Shown here piece by piece: positions 1 to 15,098 of a DNA stretch of 64,000 nt. Within the stretch, counting starts at the first letter, position 1. The number at the start of each line of letters is the position of its first letter. The position numbers and the translations under genes were made by a program. Source of the DNA: Oikopleura dioica. Its lineage: Eukaryota > Animalia > Chordata. The DNA lies in NCBI GenBank assembly GCA_907165135.1, contig OU015569.1, positions 2,604,001 to 2,668,000 of the forward strand, read 5' to 3'. The notes under the pieces are model-generated. The model saw only the letters and a program-made list of their open reading frames with translations. It made no database searches and had not been told where the DNA came from.

Positions 1-1980
<1,980 letters not shown>

Positions 1981-4499
1981 TCATCTCCTGTTAGCAATTT
2001 TTGGTAACAGCCAAAGGTGGATAATCAACTTTCTAAATCTTCCCTCATTTAGTAAAATCTTAATCGAACCGTGCTTCATTTAGCCCGTGTCTTTAATATG
2101 CAAGATTGAACTAAGCATGTTTCGCGTGATTATTCATCCTTGATATTAATATCATTCTCGCTCGCACTTCAAAAATGCAGGAAGCAAAGCAAAGTCGCCC
2201 TTTTGTAAACAAACCTCTTCAAGATTCAATAAAAAGCCAATAATGAGTTCTGAAATCTGTTTCTTTTAATTTTTTAATTGATCATTCAAGTTACTATTTT
2301 CATTCATATTTTCATGAACGCTGAATGCCTAGGGGTTTGGGTTAATGAGTGCACCAAGATGATTCTTTAGCGTCTTTTTTTTTCTAAGATTAGTAGACTA
2401 AAGTTGATTTTTGATGAAGAATGATAGATATTTTTCGTTTTAGTTCTTTTTTATAGTTATTTATAGTGGTTTTTAAAGTGTCTAAACTTATTTGAAGATT
2501 TTGCATAACTATCAATTATTTGGTTTTTTTTTGATAAGGTTAGGCAGCTGTTAACAAGATTGTTAGTACTTATACCAACGAGGGGATTTGCTTGCATTTT
2601 AATTGTCGCGTATTAATGAGCTATTTAGGCTGGGCGTCTTTGCGTGCAATTAAATGTGGCAAAAGGGATCTATGGGGCGCGTCATTTGTAGCTCAAATCT
2701 GGCTTCATTTCCCGCAGATTGCTTTCTCTTTTCATCAGTATTCAAAAACTGCGGCTCGGCGGGGGATCCTCTCGAACTCTGTTCCTTATCGGCGTCGCCA
2801 TGTTGCTTCGTTCTCGTTGATTTCATAATCTCTCCATTTTGATGTTGGCTCTGTTCTCTAGTAAGTTCTAGGTAAGTGAAGGCTATACTGCCCTTATCGC
2901 TCCCGCAGGTGAAGAGAAGGACGCTCGAGGGAACGTTCTTGAAATCTGTTTTCAGATTTTCTCTATCAGAGTAGAGTCTTAGGGACTTGAGCGCTGCTTT
3001 AGCTCCCCGACGGGGTAACTCTCTGCTCCCTCTTCAAGCAAATCGATTTCCAATTTTTGACACATAAGGCACACTTTTGTTATTCCTCCAAATTATAACT
3101 TTTCCATAAACATCACCTGCTTGCACTGGATTATACTGTTGCTATCAACCTCAATCGCTCCCTGGCACAGTACTCCGCGCCCAGTATAAATACTAATGAG
3201 CACTTGAGCTGGCTAGCCCGTCCTATCAATCGCCCATCACCTCGTTTTTTTCCTTTACTTCGAAATTTTCAAAGTTGAAATTCGATTGATTTTCTTGAAA
3301 TCACCATGCACTTGAAATTCCACCTATGGTCGAAGGAAGAAGAATGAAGGGCGGAACATTAGTGGAACAGTATCATTACTCTGTTTTGTAATGAATATTT
3401 GAATAAATAAAAAGAAAATGGCGAATAATTAATCGACCAGCGAAAGCAGAAAAAATGGGTTGCGAGTTATCGTAGAAAGCTCATCATCGATATCGGAAAT
3501 CCAGGAAAGTTTGACGGATAATCAATCTACCATCAAAGGGAAAAAAAAGTCAGCCGCAGAGTTTCTTTGCTAGCACTTAATTATTGTCGGTGCAATCGCA
3601 ATTAGTTAATCCCAATGGAAAAACGCTCGCTTGCCCTTATTATATAAAATGCATTCAAACATATACCTAGCCATTCCAGGGGTCACTTAGTCTCGCTGAC
3701 TCAGGGGTATTTATGAAGCTGGAATTTTAAATTTTGATGAAACTATAGAAAAAAACTATCGAATTTGTCTTGTTTCGGCCTTGATCTTCATTCTGTTTGT
3801 CAAAAAAGAAAAGTTTATTTACGAGAAACAGCCTTCAGAATACCTAAAACAGGGGTCGTTTACGAGCTAACGACCACTTCACAGCTCTAAATTACTTCAG
3901 TGCAAACTGTACCAATTATTCCATTTTGAATTATTGGCAGTGGATTTTCTGAAGATACTGCGTATAATATCACAATAAAAAACCATGCTGCTGTTTGAAA
4001 AGAAACTGGAAATAGTCTTATAAAAAATGAGATCGTCCAAGGCATAATGAGGAATCCCACTGGTCTATGCAGTGTCTTCAAAAAGGCATCTGGTCATTTG
4101 AAGCGGCGATAGGGATGCGGACAATCAAAAAACTTCATGGAAAAGCGAAAGGCCTGTAAAATGGGGGGTCTAAAAATACTTGAAGGAGTACTGGAACATG
4201 TCAAACAAGCAGCTTTGCGCGGCGGTGTTCGACAAGTCGGACATCCGCGACCACAGCTGCCCAAAATGAGTCCGTCACTGGAGCCAAGCTCACTCATTTT
4301 AAGATTCACTCCTTTTCAGATTCTCGCCGGCGACATGCGCATTTTTTCCAAGGCGTTGAAATACATGCTCCTCGAGATATTTCTTTTCCAGAGCTTTATC
4401 TATCGAGCAGAAGCCAAATCCAGCTACAAGCTCAACATCAGAAAGGGATAGAATTATGACAAAAAATAGAACTCTTTTTCTCAACTAATTTTCATTAAA

Positions 4500-6590
4500 A
4501 TCAACCCCTGACTTTAGCCCACCAGAATATGTAACTCAAAACTGGAACGCCTGGATGGCCTGGGTCAAAGCATTTGGAGTGCCAACAAGAAGCGAAGCTC
4601 GCCCTCCCAGTCCACAGCTCAGTTCAAAAAAACAATAACAATTTATTTAGTAAAAGAAAGTAAATTCGTTTGAGAACTCTAAAAAAAGATAATTCGAACG
4701 GCGCAAAAAGAAGAAAAAGAAATCGCAAAGCCTTGGTTATCAAAGCCGCAACAACTACGATCAAGTCAAAGAAGACCTTATGGTTCGCGCAGTTCGCCGA
4801 TCGGGTACAGTAAAATTTCAAGTGCGCGTTTACAAAGAAGGATTTATCGGAGCACGACTCAGCCAACGACGACAACGGAGGAAGAAACAACAACTTCAAC
4901 CTTGACAACGACCTCTACAACAAGAACCACAACTTCAACGACGACTACGTCAACAACGACAACAACAACCTCAGCCACGACAACAACTACGTACACGACT
5001 ACGTCAGGAAATGTTTTTGGACGAAAGTATCTCCCAAAATTTTGGCATGATATAAAAGATAAATCTTCAAAACTGTCACAAAAGCAACTATTTACGAAGA
5101 AACATCAACAACAGATCTAAAAACAACAACTGTTTCGACTGCATCAACAACTACAACCTCCAATATATCCAAAAAATCTAAAATAAAGGGCAAAACTGAT
5201 GACTCCCTGAAAATCATGAAATTCGGTGCTGCCGAAAGCGCATCAGTCAGAGTCAAAACAGACAAAAAAGAAAAAGTTAAAGAAGTGAAGGAAGAGGAAG
5301 AGAAAGAACCTGCGTGGGGCTGTGCTTCGTAAGTATTTAAGTAGATCAAAAAGAAAAGTTTAACATCGATTTTAGAAGCGGCGGTGGAACAGCTACTCCA
5401 CCGAGGGATCGAGTTCTGGGGGTGACGGAGAAAATGTATACTTGGATTCGCCGGTCGGTTAATTTACAAATACTCGTTGAAAACATTTTTCTAGCTTCAC
5501 TCCCGATCACAAGAAGTCGGGAAAACTTTACCGTGCGATCGATGCTGTGTCCGATAAAATGCTTTTCTACATTGACTCAGAATATGGCTACACGACCAAC
5601 TGCCGTCCATCAGAAGAGGGAAGAATTCAGCTCTACAAGAAAAAAGGAATACTTACCGACATAACTCCGACAGAAGATCCGACATTTTTCTTCCAATCTC
5701 GACTTGGTTCTCGAACTACTTTTGCTTACGAAGAACCTGACTGGGATTACTTTGAGATTGAGTTTTAAAAACGCAGTAAATTTCAATAAGCTCCTCCTAA
5801 TAGTGTTAAAAACTCCAAAAAAGTGGGACGACAATAACGAGGATCAGCACCGGCACCGGCGATTTGCTCCTAATAATCCAGAGAAGCAGATCCAAAAGCT
5901 GACATACACTCTTCACTGGATTAACGACCAATGCTTGATCTTTTGCCGTGATCACGATGAGCTGGGAAACAAGGTCTTGATTCTTTTTTGTCAATGGAAA
6001 GGGTAACGAACTTCAGATCAACAAGTTCAGCCGCCAGGCGCTCCAAGTTCTGGCCCTTTACACAAAACCGAATTTCCGCCCGACAAGATCGCCGAAAGAA
6101 AGACCACCAGATCAGTTCCGGCCGACGCCAGCGGGTAATCCACCAAAAAATGATCCCAGCAATATTGATGGAGGTGTACCTGATCCCTTTTTCGATTTCA
6201 CGACTGCTCCGCCATCTTCGAATGAAACAGGAGAGGATTTATTCATTTTTGATGCCATTATCATTTTCTTATTCCCGAGATTATTCCTATAAATTCCAAG
6301 CTAAGCTTTAGAGGTCCCACCAAGCACAACGACAACTACAACAACCACGACGATCACGACAACCACGACAACGTCAACAACCTCCACCGTTCCTCCTGAG
6401 CCCTCTACCGAGCCTCCTGCGACCAACTGTGGCCGTGGTGGTTGCCAGAGACAAGCGTCCCTTGCAACCCGCAGTCGAGCTTCAGCAGCGAAAAATCCAC
6501 TTTCACGAAGTAGCGAGCGACTTAGAAAATTTTTTCTATCCTGGGGATGAAGCTCCTAAGCTTTCTTCCTTTTTCATCTTGATATCGCAA
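4500..6590 (+). CDS. Mucin-like Thr-rich extracellular protein, possibly an oikosin (house protein); multi-exon, ends approximate
   Basis: Poly-Thr coding runs at ~4865-5005 and ~6320-6390, a Lys-rich linker, and a globular segment (DKMLFYIDSEYGYTTNCRPSEEGRIQLY...) separated by short AT-rich introns. Confidence 0.5.
4865..5005 (+). repeat. Degenerate (ACA/ACG/ACT)n trinucleotide repeat coding for poly-Thr
   Basis: Seen directly: acaacgacctctacaacaagaaccacaacttcaacgacgactacg... Confidence 0.85.
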
Positions 6591-6709
6591 AAATAAAAAA
6601 ATAAAAACTGATTGTCTTTATCTATCATCCATTTTTTCAAGCGTAGAAATTGTCGTGTGGCAATTTATTTAACATAAATACTAAGTAGAAGCTATCTATT
6701 TAATAATTA

Positions 6710-6886
6710 TCAACGATAAAGTTGGCGGTACTGGCGAAGAAGATGCTTTTCCAGGCGATTAGTGGAAATGATTCGTCTTGCTCGGCCGTGAATGTGGTTC
6801 AATCTGTTGTTTCCAAGTCGATTCTGGCCGATCAAGTCCCCGACAACTGCATTCAAGAGCACCAGCAAGCAAAGAATGATTTTCAT
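6710..6886 (-). CDS. 58-aa secreted cationic peptide precursor (MKIILCLLVLLNAVVG-DLIGQNRLGNNRLNHIHGRARRIISTNRLEKHLLRQYRQLYR)
   Basis: Hand-translated single-exon ATG-to-TGA ORF below the 60-aa track cut-off. It has a typical signal peptide, a G-RARR processing-like site and an Arg-rich mature part. Confidence 0.6.
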   Translation of the reverse strand: MKIILCLLVLLNAVVGDLIGQNRLGNNRLNHIHGRARRIISTNRLEKHLLRQYRQLYR

Positions 6887-7241
6887 TTTGAAAGTTATTT
6901 TGTTTTGATTCCGATAACTGTTGTAGAATGAGGAATATTCAGATGGTCTCGTTTATATTTGCAAACTTACCGTATGTTATATCATGTTTTTCATTATATG
7001 GGAACACTCTCATTATTCAGATAAATTAAGTCTAGATCGGGAAGGTGGACCTTACTCATGCTTGCATAAAATTTTGTGTGAATATCGTTAAATAATCAGA
7101 TATTATCCTTCGCTGTCGTCATCCTTGGACCCTCCGCCGGTAATTAAATCGTGACAATATTCAATTGGAGAAAGGGGTTCTTTCTCTCGTCTAAATTTAA
7201 GGCATTGCTTAAGACCGTTGAAAGAAATGGAAGAATTTATT

Positions 7242-7640
7242 GATTCATAACAATGGGCAGCGAAGTATCGGACTCGGCATAAGGGTTCTTGATTGCATCT
7301 GAAATCAGGGCTTAATTAAGTCATCAAAGAGTTGATTACTACCTGTATGATAGAAAGTGAGACGCTTGATCAGCAATTCTTTCTTTCGTGAAGAATGGCA
7401 GTAGCAGCATCCGCAAATCGACAGTAAAATTATTACAGCCACGCATCCGATAAGGGCTTGAAACAATTTGAATACCCAGAGCATCATTTCTCGATTATCT
7501 ACGACAAAATCCTACCGTAAATGAGCGAGTCGACAAGCAATTCGACTTCATCTTGTTCAAGGCACTCTTCCAGATCTATTCCGATGATCTCTTCTAAAGA
7601 GCATTCGTCCTTCCCCATCTGGGGTATTTTTCTTCTTCTC
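7242..7640 (-). CDS. Small single-pass membrane protein with juxtamembrane CGCCYC
   Basis: TM segment (LFQALIGCVAVIILLSICGCCYC) followed by RKK, and a predicted last exon DAIKNPYAESDTSLPIVMNQ*. The 5' end is unresolved. Confidence 0.4.
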
Positions 7641-8202
7641 GCTTTTCCGCTGCTCTAATTTTTGAATTTAACTTTTAAAGAAATGCCTTGCGAAGGAGTC
7701 TTTGTCGTTTTTTTGCTCGTCAGGGATCGATAAATCGACGTTTTACACCAGATCGAGCCTATGGCACCGCCAACTGGCTCCTAATTAATTATTTACAAGT
7801 AGTAACCTTCAAGTATTTCCAATGCGAATTTCTCTCTTTTTACTGTTTTTGCTGGGGATAATTGAGAGTTTGAAACTCGATGTAAAAAAAAACTCGTGAA
7901 AGAAAGTGACTATTTTTGAGGAGTCTGTAAATATCACCAAAACGTCATTTTACTGTAATGCGCAAACGTAGTGTCCATTCAAAAGAATGTACTCTGCAAA
8001 TCTGAATGTTAACTATCCGTATTCAGTTCGTACTTCTTTCTGCCAGCTGCGCAAATTCGATGAAATCAACGAAGAGAATTTCATCAAATTTGATATTTCA
8101 CTTATTTTTTCTTTAATTTTATTCTTTACATACATGTTTACGTACATGTTTCTTTTTGTTCGAAGGCAGTACAGTTATTGAAGCAAAGCGAACAAAGTGT
8201 CT

Positions 8203-9060
8203 TTATTTCTTGACTTTCTTTCGGAGAATTTCTTCATCTTCGTCGGAAGAGTCGAGATTGTACTTCTTCGCCAGGTTTTTTGATGTTGAGCTTTTTTTCC
8301 CGAACGATTCCTGAATTAGAATGTTACAAAAGGCTGCGTAAGTTTGATTGACAACAATAAATTCATACGTAAGTTTAGTTAAAAAATGCGCAAGCCTGGA
8401 TAATTAAATGATAAAACCGGTACACATTAGCGTCGAGAAAAGACGCATAATTGATGCGACATAACAATCAATCACCTGGATTGTTTTCGACTGTTTCTTT
8501 GTGTCCTTTCTCGCCGTTATCTTCTTGCCAGGCGGGAGAGCGTTTGCTACTTTTGTGGCCTTGATAAATAAGCCTCTTTCTAGCGGTACGGTGCTGTTGG
8601 AGGTGATGTACGCAGCGCACGGAGGTGCGAATCGACTCATCTACAAATAAAAAATTAGAACTTTTATGATACTGAAGTGAATTACCACAAGTTGATAGCT
8701 TTGATACTTGTGAGTTTTAGATAGGAGCTTGTCATCAGCGAAAAGGGGGTCTGCTCCGCCGGGAAGAATTGACTTCAGAAACTCGTGGGCAAATTCGATG
8801 TCCAGCTCTGCATCGGAATAGAGGACCGATCATTGGGATTTCAACTCGTTAGGCAACAAAAGGATCGAATGCCGATAAATTGAAACCCTTCCAGATAAAG
8901 AGGCACTCCCTATTAGATCTGGTTAGGGAAAGAGCAGAGAATCAGAAAGTTAAACCTGCAATTGAATAATCCCGCCACGGCGCTGGTACTGAGGCATTTT
9001 CTGAAACGCTTTGTTGAGAATTGAAACAATCGTGTTTATTTTTTTGCGTTTTAATATGCT
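8203..9060 (-). CDS. Uncharacterised multi-exon protein with a charged C-terminal tail
   Basis: Exons join in frame with GT-AG introns: ...LDIEFAHEFLKSILPGG...YQLV|MSRFAPPCAAY...IQ|ESFGKK...DSSDEDEEILRKKVKK*. Confidence 0.45.
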
Positions 9061-9318
9061 GTACTAATATTTAGAATAAATAAGTAAAATAGGACTGGAG
9101 AAAGAAAGTTAAGAGGTCCGTATGTTGGAAAAGGAAGAAATTGAAAATATTGGGATTGGAGAGAAATAAGGCAACAGTGCTCATTTAGGAAAGATTGCAG
9201 TCACTGGGCAAGATCGGGGATTGTTTTGGGGCATGCCTGAAGATGCAAGACGCTCGTTAATAATTTATATTTGGTTGCCAGAAGAAGGATCGGAAGGAAG
9301 ATACAGAACAAATTGGAT

Positions 9319-12300
9319 TTAGGAGGCGTAGGTGAGAACAGACTCTTGGTTTCCGCGAAGCATGATGCATGGCGGCAGTCCGGTGGAGATCGTCTCCAGC
9401 CAGGCGAGGTACAGCGGCGCAGGACACGCTTTTTGTTTCACAATTGGCAGCGTGCAGACGATCAAATCAGCCTGAACAGAGTCATTAAATCACTCAGAGC
9501 TCGACTTTCACCTTGGAGGAGTTTCGCTTCATGATTTCGTTGATGCGGATTTGGCGCTCAGTTTTCTTCTTGAACTTTTCTAGGTGATCTTCGGTGATTA
9601 AGTGGTCCGAGTCTTCGTCCTCGTCGCTGTCGTCAACTTTGAAGGGGCTGATCAACTCACCAAACTAAATAGAAGAGAATTCAAGACGCGAATTTCAAAA
9701 GAAAGAATTACCTTGTCTCGGCCCTCTTCACTCGGCGGCTTATTCAAATCCGTGATAACATCGACTTCAGCTTCGATCCGCAGCTTCGTCAAAAGCCGGG
9801 ACAGTTCCAGTTTGTCCTGATCGAGACGATCCTCTTTACCCGGCGTGAAAATGCGCAGCTTGGCGTTAGACCAAAAGCGACGTTTTGTGAGGAGGAAGGG
9901 GATGAGAATGGTCAGTCCACCGTCGTCGAACAGCCAGTAGACATCGATAGTTCGAGGCTTTACTTTTCCGTTAAAGTAAGGCGTAGAAGTCGCAAGAGCT
10001 TGCTTTTCTTCCGCGTTGGCACTGCAGCAGTCGAAATACTTGAGATATTTTTATAAAAATGTAAAGAAGAGCTTACAAGTATGTACAAAAAAGGAGTTTT
10101 GATTGACTTACGGATTTCTTCGACTTGGTTGGAGTTTCTCCAACTTGTTCCTCAAGAGTGAATGCCTCAGCATCATCTGGCAATCGTAGAATACCGACTC
10201 CCATGCGGAGGGTAAACGCATCGTGGACCATCGCATAATAGGAGTAATGATCAGCTACGTCTCGTTTCTTCCAGCTGTGCATGAAGCCCAAAGTGACAAC
10301 GTTCGGGCGCATTTTTCCGATTCCAGCAGCGGACATAAGAGAAACTGCACCCTGGCAAACGCTTTCCGCCTAAAAATGATTGAATGATGCTTTCTGATTT
10401 AAAAATTACCTGAATGGGAGTGTAGATCGCCTTGATGTCGGATTCATCAAGTTTCTTCTGGTGAGTATTTTCAAAGACATCGGCTCTCTTCTCGCAAACA
10501 TGTCCAAGGAGGCAGATTCCAGAGTCGCGGGTCATTTGAGTGCAAAGATTGACAAGATGTGGCCTTTTAGTCGGTTCTCCTGAGAGGCAAAGAATCTGCG
10601 GACGATAGTTCTTGATGTGATCTTCGACGCTTGCCAGTTTCTGCACGTGGTGCATTGCCTTAACAATATTGATAAATCTGCTCTTTCCGTTAAAATATTA
10701 CCCGCATGTAAGTATAGGCTGGACCAGTGGAGCCCCAGTTGACATCAACATCACGGTGGTCGATCCACTTGTAAAGCGCGGCAACGCAGAAGAAAGTGAC
10801 GAGAGCGGCCCACCAGTTGGCGATGAACATGATTACTACGCAGAGAAATGACGCTATAAGAGCAAACCACTTGTTGTAGTACTGAAATCATAAATAAGAA
10901 TTGATAAGAGGAGGGCAAGTCAAGAGCTTACTTTGAATTGTGGTCTAAAGCCGGGTGAGTTAGCCATCGATGCAGAAAAGCAGGCATAGTTGATGAGACA
11001 GTATGATGCGAGGAAGAAGTTGGAAATGATAGGCGCAATTGCATCGAGCTTTCCGATCAAAATAAAAGCCAGGGAGATAATGAAAGTCAGGTAATAAGCT
11101 CGTCGCGGTTCGTTTCCAGCGCCAAATCCCTTGGCAAACCACTCGATCTTCGGGATCAAGTTGTCTTTTCCCAGCGCTTGGAAGACCTTGGGCGCGGAGA
11201 CGAGGCATGCAAGGGCGGAAGAAAGAGTCGCCGCGAAGATGCCAGCAGTGATCAGATGCTCGTAGCCGGAGACTTTCGCCATGGTCGCGTAATCACCCTT
11301 CAATCCAAAGCGGCATTCTATTCCCGGCTCCGGGCAGCTGTCAATTATTGTATAGTTCCAGCCATTAGCACACGCGGCGTCGGAATACTCGTTCACTGAG
11401 CACGTACTTGGCCAAATCCAATCGTCAAGTTGCTGTGTTCCATTTGCCAAAGTCTGACCAAAGTAGCCAGGAGCGAAACGAGTAGTGTGGAAACCAAGAA
11501 GGAAGATAATTCCAATGTAAACGGTGCTTGTGATCCCGATGGCAGCGAAAGTACCCTTTGGAATGGCAGAACTGGGGTCTTTCAGGTCGCCGGAGATGTT
11601 CGAACCAGCGAGGATTCCCGTTGCGGCGGGGAAGAAAATGCTGAAGACAGTGAAGAAATTTTGGCCGGCGGAGAACAGTGGCCAGAGATTATCGGCGCCA
11701 ATAGCCGAGTTGAGACTGAAATGCCCTTGCGAGTTCAGTTTCTTCAAATGGAGCGCTTTGTCGGTCAGATTTTGTGTTGGCAATTCCCATTGATCTGAAT
11801 ACGTAGTAGAAGTGAAGTCCTTGGGGATGAACACGCCGACGATGTAGTTGCCAATGGCGACAAGGAGCATGACGAGGAGGACGCCCTGCGCTTTGGATTC
11901 CCAGGCCATTCCCGCTTGAGTAATGCCAAGGAGAACGACAAGAGTGATCGCGCCGATGATACGCACGTCGTTGTCAAAGTCAACCATGATGATATTGTGC
12001 TCGCGGAGCAAGTCGCGCACAGTCTCGCCGAAGCCAACGATGTACATACTCACTGCCACTGCATTTGCGAGCGAAAAGATGACGCCAATACTTCCACCGA
12101 ATTGAGGGCCAAGTGATCGCGATAGCAGAAAATACGCGCCACCTCCTTCGACAATTCCATTTGTGCAAATCGCAGACATTGATATCGTCGTTAAAACTGT
12201 CACGACTGAAGCGAGGAGAACAATTCCTATGGAAGCGACAATGCCAGCTTCTCCTACGATCCAGGACATTCGGAGGAAAAGGATGACGCCCCAAATGTTG

Positions 12301-12686
12301 AGTAGGCAGCGAATGAGGACGCCTTCGATCCAGCCAAATTTGGTGCTGTTGTTGTTGTCCTCGACTACTTCGTTTTTGATGGCTTTGACTGTGGTGATGG
12401 TTTTTCTTTTGACTTGGATTGTCTCGACATTAGTGTTGTGCAGATCGTCCATGGTGGGGCGGTTGAAAAGACTCTGCAGCTTGTCCGGCTGGCGGTAGAA
12501 ATGCTCCCTTGGAATAACTTCAAGCGTTCCATGTCCGAATGTACGAGTATAACTTCCAGTCACAGTTTTCTGGCACTCCAAGTCTTTCTCCGTGCCAGAG
12601 TCAATTCTCACCGTCTTGGCCTTGAAGACTCTGGTCCCCTTGCTCTCCATTTCAACCTCTTGGCTGACATGCTCTTCATCGGTCAT
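9319..12686 (-). CDS. SLC12A2: Na-K-2Cl / Na-Cl cotransporter (SLC12, NKCC-like)
   Basis: Motifs [77 protein letters not shown] and C-terminal [10 protein letters not shown]. The first coding exon is about 1.76 kb, followed by short introns. The exact paralog (A1/A2/A3) is uncertain. Confidence 0.95.
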
Positions 12687-13799
12687 TGTTCTCCTGAAGC
12701 AAAAATCTCGATCTCAGGCACACATCGTCAAGTTTACCGAAATGGGGGAAGTCTTTACAGTCTCTCTCTCCAAAAAAGAGGTGCTTCGACTTGACTGCTG
12801 ACCGAGCTCAGACGAAACTCTAAAAGGAAGAGAAAAGTGATAAATTGACACCCTGCTGCGAGCAGCATCGATTTCGGTTCATTGGTTTACCCAGCCTTGA
12901 TTTGACCATGAATCCTACAGTAATTTAATGAAGAAACAAATATCAAATGCCACTACAGTGTGTGAGTAAAATGAACTCTTGACGGTAGTTAAATATCTAG
13001 CTCGTTTTATTTTTAATCTTGGCTAACAGCTTCTCTAGACGCTGTCTTAACGCCAGAACCAATTTCTAATGTGATTTTTTCCAAAGCCAGGTTCATATTC
13101 AAACAAACTTCTTACCAAGTTGACCTTAGTAGCTAATTACTAGTTGCTGCACTGACTAATTACTATTGAGAAAGAGCTGTCTAATTCCTGTAGATTTTGT
13201 ACATCGTACGGAAAATTAACAGCTTAGTCAAATCATTTAATTGCCTACTTATTTCCAAAGATTACCACTGGTTATATCACTACCAGTTTCAAGTCTAAGA
13301 GGATTAATCAAAAGATTTAATAACCCGGTGACTTTGATCTCATCAAGTCGAAATAGAACGAGTTGTGTAGACTAGTCTGAGCTCGTTTATCGCTAATTCT
13401 CTTATGAAACAAAAGATTAGGAATCCGCTCTCATGCTGCGCAATAGATTTTCAACACAGCAATAAATCTGTTTATTGCCGGGATTTCTGCTGGAAGAGAG
13501 ATTTATCTCTAACGGGCTAAATGGGTTTGATTAGCTCTAAAAGAATAGTAAATAAAATTTACTGAAAGAGGCGATCAGAACGGAAGTAGAAAAAAGAGCA
13601 AAAAAAGGTAATTTTTTTTATTAATTTAGCCTCCAAGAATAGCTTTTGGTTATTTGGAAATAAAAAGAAATAAATAATAAAAGTGAAGGAAAAAAATTCT
13701 AAAAGAGTAAAACGAGGATTCTTAAAAATAACATACGATTCAGGCGGCGGTCTCTTGATTCAAGTCTAGGCGCTGTCTCAAGTTGCTAGAGCTGGTTCT

Positions 13800-13834
13800 C
13801 TCTCACTGCGAGCTCGACCTGGGGGGTTTTTATA
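13800..13834 (-). promoter_or_regulatory. Putative TATA-box promoter of the SLC12 gene, with a non-coding first exon and a ~0.9-kb 5'UTR intron
   Basis: TATAAAA at 13834-13828 (minus), CAGT initiator-like site about 30 nt downstream, GTATGT donor at 13736 and an acceptor near 12823. Confidence 0.5.
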
Positions 13835-15098
13835 ATTTCTCCGAGCTGAGTCAGTTGATGATGCCTTGAGAGCTCAAATACTCTAGTTTATTATCCAAAA
13901 TCGGAAAATTCCTCAACTGTGCCATCGATTTCTCTCTGACTCTCCCCGCGCGCCTAAGTAAAGTTTGCCAATGTAACCATAAAACTCAAGGATGGATGAA
14001 GCAATGGCCATTCATTTCGTCATACTTGGCTGGGCGAAAAACTCGAACACGTGGAAAACTTTGGAGCTTATTTTCTCATAACTGAGTCACCTGGGAGGAA
14101 AATAACTATCGGCCCTGCTTATGAGGACTCATAAAACGCTTCGCATCAAAATAAAGAATGAAAGGATCCAGTTAATTCCTCTTAAACTAAGAGACATCTG
14201 TCTCTCTCTCTTAAATATTCCGTGCTTTAGTTCAAGATTTATTCTATTCGTTTGCCCGGATATCCTTAAATCTTTTGACAAATAAGATAAAAAACTCTCG
14301 ATCTACTGCAGTTCAGGGAGAAGAGAAGGCCTAATTTTCCTATTCTACGAAGGGTAGTCAAAGGGCTGACAGCTATCAATAACTTGGACTATTAAAATTA
14401 TACAATGGCTCGATGGAATATCAAAAATCTGGATCAGACTGGTTCGAAACACTGCTTGTTTGTATTACTAATTCTGATAATCAGAATTTGTGATTTTAGT
14501 CTTTATGATGAGAAGCGGAAATTCCCAAAATTTCGGGATTTTTCCAAACTTTCTGGTTTAATCATGAATTTCGAATTCTCTCTGGAAATACTCCAAGATT
14601 GATATCTACTCTCTTGAATGAAAATGAAAGGACAAATCCAATCCATTCAATGATGCTTACGATTGTTTCGAGTGTTGTATTAGGAGCAAGAATGAGCTTT
14701 TGTTCATTTCAAAATTGTCATGCACCGAATCTATCATTTGGAGATGGAACGAAAGAAAACACAATTTATAACATTATTCTATACAATTGGTGAGTTTATT
14801 GACGCACGTCAGGAAGAAAGTGGAAAAATAGTTTTTTTTGTTCAGTTTGTTTTTTATCCTTTTGATAGTTGATTTCATATTCTAGTTTTATCCTTCTTTT
14901 TTTCTATCAATTTCGATTGTTGAACAATCGTATCAGTTTTATGGCGGCGAAGATAACAAGTCGAGAATTCGAGAAGCACTGGCTTCTTATAATGTTTTGT
15001 TCTTCAGTTCGTAGAAGAGACTTTTTCGCGCAAATTTTATTACAGGGCTTTTATTGGGGTCGCAAATATTACTAGTTCTATTTCTCGTAAATAAGGCT

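Noticed and set aside
2050-3700. Possible gene or ncRNA in this interval
   Set aside because: Only short, stop-interrupted frames on both strands and no recognisable RNA motif. Nothing I can support.
4094-4484. Minus-strand 'secreted Cys-rich protein' suggested by ORFs 4299-4484 and 4094-4309
   Set aside because: The ORF begins at TTG rather than ATG, and the + strand has equally good exon-like blocks leading into the mucin-like gene. The strand cannot be resolved.
8830-8832. Apparent in-frame TGA (selenocysteine or read-through) in the 8203-9060 gene
   Set aside because: A 38-nt GT-AG intron spanning the TGA, with an upstream acceptor at taatag, gives an uninterrupted and more protein-like frame (GVPLYLEGFQFIGIRSFCCLTKLDIEF). 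No SECIS-like pattern is seen in the 3' region.
10960-12801. Numerous overlapping ORFs on both strands over the SLC12 first exon, and similar shadows over FANCM, URB1 and CPD
   Set aside because: Antisense and alternative-frame shadows of long GC-richer coding exons, with no independent motifs.
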